From: Candidatus Poribacteria bacterium
Lineage (GTDB): Bacteria; Poribacteria; WGA-4E; PCPOR2b
NCBI GenBank assembly: GCA_965215015.1
Contig: OZ244042.1
Span: forward strand, 320,001-384,000
Direction: 5' to 3'
DNA: 64,000 nt
Positions 57,646-64,000 of the stretch are shown in pieces. The notes beneath the pieces were generated by a model. It saw only the letters and a list, made by a program, of their open reading frames with translations. It had not been told where the DNA came from and ran no database searches. The position numbers were made by a program, and so were the translations under genes. The number at the start of each line of letters is the position of its first letter. Within the stretch, counting starts at the first letter, position 1.

Positions 57646-60600
57646 TTTCCCTCCACAATAGCGATTTCTTCAGAGGTAAGACCGTATAACAAGTATACTA
57701 TCTGATCAATCTCATTTTCAAGTTCGGATACATCCGCGTCCGGATCCGTGTCTTTGGCAGCGAGAATCTGATTGACGATTTTGACAATTGCTCCTTGTTG
57801 TCCAGGAGTAATAGTTGGAACAGGAATCTTGCCTACATAGTAGTTATCGAAATCCATAGTTCTAATTGCGGCACAAAAAATAAACCTGTAAGCATACCAG
57901 TTTATGAGCGTTGAATTAAAAAGAGATGCAATAAAAAACGGACTAAAATTTTTATCTGTAATGACCGTGTTTTCGACTGTATCAACACTCAGTATATTGC
58001 CAGCTTCATCAACCGTTGAAGTTATTTTGATATGAGGCTTAGGATTCTGAATATGAGCCACAAGCCTCTGAGAAATTACTTTCGGCTGAAGCAAAAATCG
58101 AATTTTTCGATTGGTCAGATCTAAATTTTCACAGTTTATAAATCCTTTTATTCCTACAATTCCATACCGGCTTACCTCTTTTCCGCCAATCACTTGAGTA
58201 TCACCATGCGTGCTGAGATATTTTTGTATAGGCAATCCTCGCGTTGTTTTAGAAATGTTGCTGAGATACGTCCCTGCCCCCACAATCTTTGAACCCAGTT
58301 TAATCTCATCACTTGACACATCACATATCCAAGCATGAAACTGTTTGGGATATTTCCTATTGATATGAATTGTTCGCGTAAAAACATTATTCAAGAACTT
58401 ACGCCCAATGTAAAAACGACTATTACATTGAGCACTCCAAATAAAAACAACCTGCTCCAACTTGACCTCTCCAAATGCTTTTTCAACATCTACTAAAATA
58501 GCTGTCTTTTCTAATAGAGCGAAAGTTAAATCCAGCCATCTTTCGGAATACAACAGAGATTTAGGAACAATAAAAGCAACAACACCATCTGCCCTATCAG
58601 TCCTAATTAAACGGTTCTTTGCATAATCAATAAACAATGCCGCACTGTTTGAATTTCTCGTGTCTTGGATATTAACTTTGATCTTGTTCAAGTCGCTGCG
58701 GTTAATTTTAGCACCATACGGCGGATTGCCAATCACTACATCAAAGCCCTCCCTGACCCCAAACATCCACTCCGGATCGAACCAATCCGCGCTTGCGTTC
58801 TGGTCGTAGGGGTCCCAAGCGGCGACTTTATTCGCATCATCGGTAGGCATACCGATATGCGTTAATTCTGTCGCCAATGCTCGCCGCAATTTCTTGTCGG
58901 CTCGCTTACACTCTAGTTTCTGTGAGCGTGTCGTTGCGTGAAAATGCCGCTCGCGGTTCTCACTCAATTCCCCTTCCAATGCTTTGGCCCTGGGGCTGGT
59001 CAGGGTTCGTTCGCCTTCGAGACCGATGAGCGTGTTTGCCGAGATAAATCGTGTCTCCAGATTGGGCAGCGGCTTAATCCCAAAGTTAGCTGAGGCACTA
59101 TCCGGCTCCTGCTCAATGGCAAGGGAGATGAAAAAGCGGAGCTTAGCGATTTGGCAGGCTATGGATTGAATGTCCACACCGAAGATACTGTTTTGAATCA
59201 GATACAACTTCCGTCCGAAGTTGCCCGAATAATTTTCAAAGATTCTGCTAATTTCCGTGAGCTCTTCGTCGCGGCTCTGTCTATCCTTCGTATCAAACGC
59301 ATCCGCCGCCCGTTGGAGGGCGCGTTCTTTCTGTAGCTGTTCCCATCGGGTGTTATCCGGGTCCAGCCGTCGTAGGGCGAGCGTCAGTTTGTGTAGTATC
59401 CCCATCGGAAACGCCCCGGAGCCGACGGCGGGGTCAAGTATCTTCAGTTCTGAAATTGCCCGCACCACCTCGTCGGCTTCGCGGCTATCGAACCATTCGT
59501 TTGCATCGTCGAACGCCTTCGCATAATCGAACAGATAGCGCAACCGCTCGTCCCAAGCCTTGGGGTCTCCGTCCGTCGGGGCCACCTGTCCTGCAAGCGT
59601 GGCTACTAACGTCTCCTCTACCATGTAGTCCACAATGGCGCGGGGGGTGTAATAGGAACCCGTCTGCTTCCGTGCCGTTGTACCAGTTTCGGGGTTATAC
59701 GCAGCGAGCAGGTTTTCAAACACCTTACCGAGCAGCTCCGGATCCAATGCGACCTCCTGCTCTATCGGTGTGTTTTCTTCAACGGTGAACTTGTAGCGTT
59801 CCAGTAGGGGAATCAGACCGTAAGCATCATCAAAGAAGAGACGGTTGGGGATGCTTAATTGACTGTAATGCACATCGGAGAAGCAATCCACCCGGTAGCC
59901 GCCATCTCGTGTCGCCTCCTCGCTGTCGAGGCAATCGAATAAGCCACCGTTAATGAATGGGGTTTTCTCAAAGAGTGCTAGCAGTTTATCGGAATCGGCT
60001 ATCTGGTCTTTGTAGCGATACCGTGAGAAATTGCGATGAGCCGGGTTGCCCCCTTCGCTAAACCCACGCTTCTCTATCTCCGTGTTCAGCGTGGCGAAAA
60101 ACAGATTCTGTAGCACCGCCCGGTAGTAGGAATCGCCCGTGCCCCGGTCATAGTTTTTCAGCAATGGGGCGACGGGCGTCTCGTTGAACAGGTCATCGGC
60201 GACCAGTCCCTTCTCTTTGATAAACCAGACGAATAGCAGGCGCGTGATTAAGCGGATGACGTGCTCCTCCGATTTCAAGGTACGCTTTTCGTTTGTCGGG
60301 AACTCCCCTTCATCAACCGCCCATTCAAACCAGTCGAACAACTCTCGGTAGAATTTCTTGTTGAGTGCTTCGGTGTCGAGTGTCTTTTCCCAAGCGCGAT
60401 GCAGCTCGACAAAGTTGCGGACACCGTGCGTTTGGTTCAACGGGTCGAGGGCGAGATCGAATAGGATATCGATGTGGGCGCGGTGGGGATACTCGAAATT
60501 AATGTCCTTGATAAGGGTTACTTTTTCAAGGACATCGCGGGATGGGTCCCTTACCCCCAAACGGCGATTGATAATTGACAGCGTGAGCGTATTGCCGTGT

Positions 60601-61040
60601 TGAAAGAGCAGCATCGCGGGTATCGAGAACAACTTGTTGATTTCACGGGTGATTTGCGATAGTTGGGTGCGGTTGTAACCGCTGCCCTCCAACCGGATTG
60701 CGAAGAAAAGGTAGGACTCGATGATGGTGTTATCTACCTGCGTCTGGCTGGGATTGAAAATCCATCGGGTTGTATCCGTGGGCGTCAGCTCCTCGCCTGT
60801 GAGTTGGAAAAGCAGGTCAATAGAGGTCCACTCTGCTGTCAGTGCCCTATCGCGACTTAGTTTTTCTTGCGAATCATACGCGTCAATAAAGGCCTCGGCG
60901 GTATTCGACTCAAGGGCTAGCGTCCTTTCGCTCCGATAGCCGAGTGTGTTGAGTAGGTTTCGGCTGTTTTCGACGAGGCCCCCCGCGGTGAAGCGGTTTA
61001 AGGCCTCCTTGATAGCGGTTTTGTGTTGTGGGGCACTCAT
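57639..61040 (-). CDS. Type IIG/Eco57I-like N6-adenine DNA methyltransferase with TaqI-C-like TRD
   Basis: PFINGGLF, DPELLGKVFENLL, GSYYTPR, DPAVGSGAF (motif I), GFDVVIGNPPY (motif IV), C-terminal EIDQIVYLLYGLT.EEIAIVE; RBS aggag. Confidence 0.92.
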   Translation of the reverse strand: MSAPQHKTAIKEALNRFTAGGLVENSRNLLNTLGYRSERTLALESNTAEAFIDAYDSQEKLSRDRALTAEWTSIDLLFQLTGEELTPTDTTRWIFNPSQTQVDNTIIESYLFFAIRLEGSGYNRTQLSQITREINKLFSIPAMLLFQHGNTLTLSIINRRLGVRDPSRDVLEKVTLIKDINFEYPHRAHIDILFDLALDPLNQTHGVRNFVELHRAWEKTLDTEALNKKFYRELFDWFEWAVDEGEFPTNEKRTLKSEEHVIRLITRLLFVWFIKEKGLVADDLFNETPVAPLLKNYDRGTGDSYYRAVLQNLFFATLNTEIEKRGFSEGGNPAHRNFSRYRYKDQIADSDKLLALFEKTPFINGGLFDCLDSEEATRDGGYRVDCFSDVHYSQLSIPNRLFFDDAYGLIPLLERYKFTVEENTPIEQEVALDPELLGKVFENLLAAYNPETGTTARKQTGSYYTPRAIVDYMVEETLVATLAGQVAPTDGDPKAWDERLRYLFDYAKAFDDANEWFDSREADEVVRAISELKILDPAVGSGAFPMGILHKLTLALRRLDPDNTRWEQLQKERALQRAADAFDTKDRQSRDEELTEISRIFENYSGNFGRKLYLIQNSIFGVDIQSIACQIAKLRFFISLAIEQEPDSASANFGIKPLPNLETRFISANTLIGLEGERTLTSPRAKALEGELSENRERHFHATTRSQKLECKRADKKLRRALATELTHIGMPTDDANKVAAWDPYDQNASADWFDPEWMFGVREGFDVVIGNPPYGAKINRSDLNKIKVNIQDTRNSNSAALFIDYAKNRLIRTDRADGVVAFIVPKSLLYSERWLDLTFALLEKTAILVDVEKAFGEVKLEQVVFIWSAQCNSRFYIGRKFLNNVFTRTIHINRKYPKQFHAWICDVSSDEIKLGSKIVGAGTYLSNISKTTRGLPIQKYLSTHGDTQVIGGKEVSRYGIVGIKGFINCENLDLTNRKIRFLLQPKVISQRLVAHIQNPKPHIKITSTVDEAGNILSVDTVENTVITDKNFSPFFIASLFNSTLINWYAYRFIFCAAIRTMDFDNYYVGKIPVPTITPGQQGAIVKIVNQILAAKDTDPDADVSELENEIDQIVYLLYGLTSEEIAIVEGNV

Positions 61041-61116
61041 TGAAAAACTCCTTTAGGTGTGGAAACCCATAGCGCACGGTTCAACGATATCATCGGAGCA
61101 ATAACTATGTACGCCC

Positions 61117-62115
61117 CTAACTCGTCTGAGATAAAGCCTCCCGAAACGCCTTGACGTGCGCGGGGTTTGTACCACAACAACCGCCGATTAGATAAGCACC
61201 TTCCTTAATCAACGCTGGCAGGTAAGGTGACATCTCCTCCGGGGCTTGGGGCCAATATGTCTCCTGATTCTCGTCTAAACGTGCCATACCCGCATTTGGA
61301 TAAGCCATCAACCGTTTTGAATTAATGCCCCGCTCCTCCATCGCTTCGCGCAGCTGCTGGATGCCGTTTATCGCATAGGGCATTCCCGTATGCTCCTCAC
61401 GCCTTGATTCTGCACCGCAGTTTAGGCCTAAGATTTGAACGTGATCGAGTAGATTGTCTCCGTTGGAGAACTCCCCTTCGGCTAGGATCCGGACGAGAGA
61501 TACAGCCGAATGCCCCCAATCCGTTTTGTATATTACCCTCTTCGTTCGCCGATCCATAGTGTACTTATAAGTCATATTCACGGCGATGGGAACCCCCGTT
61601 TTTCTCGCAACGTCGACAGCGATTGCAGCCTCCTTTGCGGAGAACATAGTTTCAATACAAAAAAAGTCCACCCCTTCTTCTGCGAGCGTGTTTATCACCC
61701 GCTCATGTGCATCTCGGACCGCTTCATTTGCAATACCAAAATCAACGCCGCCGCTATCGGCTTCGATTGCGCCGGGCGAAGGGCCCACTGAACCAGCAAT
61801 ATATACATCCCTCCCACTTCTCTCAACGGCTGCTCTCGCGTGCGCCGCGGCCTGCTTTGTCATCTTCTCGGCTTCGGCTGCGTCTTTCCCCGCCATTTCG
61901 AGGTGCAGGGGAGAAGCAACAAATGTGTTCGTTCCGATTGCGTCAGCACCCGCTTGAATGTAAGCCGAATGAATGTCAATAACAGTTTCCGGGTGCAATT
62001 CGTTTGCGAGAGCACTGTTTGCCAAAGCAATGCCCGCAGTGAAGAGCTGCGAGCCAAACCCACCGTCATAAATCATTGGGGTGGGATCTTTCAATCTATC
62101 CAAGAATGTCTTCAT
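61117..62115 (-). CDS. Homocysteine S-methyltransferase domain protein (stand-alone MetH N-terminal module)
   Basis: DGGFGSQL, H..YI.AGAD...TNTF, GLNC, YPNAG, IGGCCGT.P.H. Confidence 0.9.
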   Translation of the reverse strand: MKTFLDRLKDPTPMIYDGGFGSQLFTAGIALANSALANELHPETVIDIHSAYIQAGADAIGTNTFVASPLHLEMAGKDAAEAEKMTKQAAAHARAAVERSGRDVYIAGSVGPSPGAIEADSGGVDFGIANEAVRDAHERVINTLAEEGVDFFCIETMFSAKEAAIAVDVARKTGVPIAVNMTYKYTMDRRTKRVIYKTDWGHSAVSLVRILAEGEFSNGDNLLDHVQILGLNCGAESRREEHTGMPYAINGIQQLREAMEERGINSKRLMAYPNAGMARLDENQETYWPQAPEEMSPYLPALIKEGAYLIGGCCGTNPAHVKAFREALSQTS

Positions 62116-62199
62116 CTACAATCCTCTGTTGTTTCAATTTTTACCTACTTCAATTCACTTCTTTCACCCTCAATCTATTGAGATTCAGCAGAGGAATTT

Positions 62200-63261
62200 C
62201 TACCCTGTCGCCCAACGTTCTGGATCGAGACCGAAGGCACGGGCCTCCTCACAGATGGCCGCCCAAGTTGTCTCATCAATCTCAATACCCTCAATCTGTT
62301 TTCGTGCAGCGTTGCGAAATTCGGGTTCACCAGGACTCAGAATCTCCCGAAACCCCGGCGCAAGGCGACTTGATTTGACATGCCGAATCAAGCCCTCCAC
62401 TTCATCGTAGTAGGCGTCGAGACTGGTGAAGTGAGTGATGCTATAAACAGTGAAGAGCACGCCGTTGCTAACCATTGTGCGCTCACCGGCAGCACACCCT
62501 TCGCCACTGAGAGTTCCCCCCAAAAGCTCCACCACAAAGCTAAGACCGTAACCTTTGTGTGCCACAACGCCGCCCATCGGCAGGATGGCACCCGGCGGAT
62601 CAGCTCTGAAGTCGTTTGGCTCGGTGGTCGGGTTGCCCTGTGAATCAATGAGCCAACCTTCCGGCACCTGCTTGCCTTGATTGATAGCAACGCGAATCTT
62701 GCCTTCAGCCACCACAGATGTAGTCATATCCACTAAAATTGGGTCATTATTTCGACGTGGAGCAGAAAACGCAATCGGGTTTGTGCTGAGGCGACCGTCG
62801 AGACCGCCAAAGGGGGCAATCTGATAGCCGAGATGACCCGCATTGACGAAAGCGATTCCTAGCATCTCGTTTCGAGCCGCCATCAAGGGATAGGCACCCG
62901 CCCGTCCGACATGACTCGTATTTCGCAGCGCAACGGTGCCTGTTCCGTATTGTCGCGCTTTTTCGATAGCGAGGTTCATCGCAAAGGTTGCACCGACCTG
63001 TCCAAGCGCGCTGTGTCCATCTACCACCGCAGCGCAAGGATTGTCACTCACAATTTCAGGCATTGCAGTGGGCCGGAATCTGCCATCTCGTATAGCACGG
63101 GCGTATTCGTAGAAACGGATGGCACCGTGAGAGTCGTGTCCGAAGAGGTTAGATTCAATCAGGTGGTCAACAACCGCTTGCGTATCTTTCGGCGTACAGC
63201 CGGCGGCTTCAAAGAGGTCATAGCCAATCTGCCGCAGGGTGTCGGGGTGGAATGTGGGCAT
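62200..63261 (-). CDS. Ldh_2 family (malate/L-lactate/sulfolactate-type) oxidoreductase
   Basis: GHDSHG, H.GR.G.Y, TNPIAF, DMTTS..A.GK, HKGYGL, PGEPE. Confidence 0.9.
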   Translation of the reverse strand: MPTFHPDTLRQIGYDLFEAAGCTPKDTQAVVDHLIESNLFGHDSHGAIRFYEYARAIRDGRFRPTAMPEIVSDNPCAAVVDGHSALGQVGATFAMNLAIEKARQYGTGTVALRNTSHVGRAGAYPLMAARNEMLGIAFVNAGHLGYQIAPFGGLDGRLSTNPIAFSAPRRNNDPILVDMTTSVVAEGKIRVAINQGKQVPEGWLIDSQGNPTTEPNDFRADPPGAILPMGGVVAHKGYGLSFVVELLGGTLSGEGCAAGERTMVSNGVLFTVYSITHFTSLDAYYDEVEGLIRHVKSSRLAPGFREILSPGEPEFRNAARKQIEGIEIDETTWAAICEEARAFGLDPERWATG

Positions 63262-63358
63262 AAAGAATCCTTTCTATTATCTTGATTCGGATAGAATTCG
63301 GCTTGTTGATCCAATGGAAAGAGGACACGCATTGAATAATGAACACCTCTCCATGTCC

Positions 63359-63502
63359 GTAGTCGCGCAATTCATTGCCCGTTTGTCCCTATCCGTGGCC
63401 GACACAAAGACTATCATCAATATTTGAAGTAGCCACAATTCATGCCACGTTCGTTCGTAGTAGCGCAATTCATTGCGCGTTCGTTGCTAGCCGCGTCCTA
63501 CG
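63359..63502. repeat. GTAG-type REP palindromes
   Basis: gtagtcgcgcaattcattgccc and gtagtagcgcaattcattgcgcg; related to ~17948-17999 and ~56573. Confidence 0.6.
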
Positions 63503-63531
63503 CTAAATCGGTTGGATTTGGCGAGGCAAAA

Positions 63532-63807
63532 TTACCTTTTCTGTCGTCTCTTATCCTTGTATTCCGCTTCCAGTTCCTGCACAAGGGCGTTCAACACAGC
63601 CTCGGGCTCGCCGGGACGCTCCATCTTCTCCGTCCACTCCCACTGATCGAGATAATCGTCGCTTCCGGCTAAGCCTGCTTCCATTGCCGCTCGATCGATT
63701 TCAGACTGAAACCGATTCGGCATCGGATGTGAAACAGGTCTTCTTCCCTTAAACACTCTTACCTGAGCCGGAATATCCTTCCAGTATAAGATTTGATAGA
63801 CTGCCAC
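63532..63807 (-). CDS. 'Virulence factor' (CvfC-like N-terminal) small domain protein
   Basis: ILYWKDIPAQV, RFQ..IDRAAM..G..GSDDYL..W. Confidence 0.82.
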   Translation of the reverse strand: MAVYQILYWKDIPAQVRVFKGRRPVSHPMPNRFQSEIDRAAMEAGLAGSDDYLDQWEWTEKMERPGEPEAVLNALVQELEAEYKDKRRQKR

Positions 63808-63810
63808 GGT

Positions 63811-64000
63811 TCACCCCTCCAATTCCCCTTTGCGATAGGCACGCAGGAACGTTCTGCAAAAGCGATCTTTTCCCAGCAGCATATCTTCGGTCAGTTGATA
63901 AGCTCTCGACGCTTGGTCAACGGAAAGTGCTTTTTGCGGATTATTGGTCACTGGGTCGATAATCCCACTATCGGCACCGGCTTTGACCGCGAGAACCATA
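63811..64000 (-). CDS. Pterin-binding methyltetrahydrofolate:corrinoid methyltransferase (AcsE/MetH pterin-domain-like), 3' part only
   Basis: LAVKAGADSGIIDP...LLGKDRFC..FL.AYRKG resembles the MeTr C-terminus; truncated by window end. Confidence 0.65.
   Translation of the reverse strand, partial: MVLAVKAGADSGIIDPVTNNPQKALSVDQASRAYQLTEDMLLGKDRFCRTFLRAYRKGELEG

Noticed and set aside
57442-57705. 87-aa plus-strand ORF
   Set aside because: Translation of the repeat units (internal SFHPENHDS/SILKIMIQ patterns) and antisense to the RM gene end.
1-64000. rRNA, tRNA, intact transposase/integrase, reverse transcriptase (DGR/retron) or prophage genes
   Set aside because: No such motifs were recognised by eye in the sequence or ORF track; a tRNAscan/Infernal run would be needed to exclude small RNAs fully.

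Overview
A 64-kb bacterial window with about 45 real CDSs. It most likely comes from Candidatus Poribacteria, inferred from three PhyH dioxygenases, an NHL-repeat protein, paired DUF6785-type membrane proteins and a giant protein with a 'YPNPFNPETWIPY...TRKMLILK' C-terminal sorting domain. Content includes housekeeping/metabolic genes (dacB, argB, pilD, prpB, prpC, acyl-CoA dehydrogenase/CoA transferase, split methionine-synthase-like modules), a TPR/beta-barrel/ExbB/TonB envelope operon, a TolC-MFP-ABC exporter lacking its permease, a DAC-domain protein, an RFAP synthase (methanopterin pathway) homologue and an orphan type IIG/Eco57I-like methyltransferase. No rRNA, tRNA, CRISPR array or intact transposase was recognised. 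Intergenic DNA is dense in palindromic non-autonomous elements. The strongest unexplained signal is at 56866-57645: five ~102-bp palindromic elements with 8-9-nt periodic arms, the last overlapping the RM gene's stop codon. Their spacers are diverged copies of that gene's own 3' end, and the gene carries an abruptly AT-rich specificity segment, which together suggest cassette-like exchange of RM specificity. Other highlights are a poly-C frameshift splitting a ~1850-aa surface protein from its sorting domain, an orphan IS605/TnpB omega-RNA-like end, and MITEs with shared terminal repeats but different palindromic cargo.
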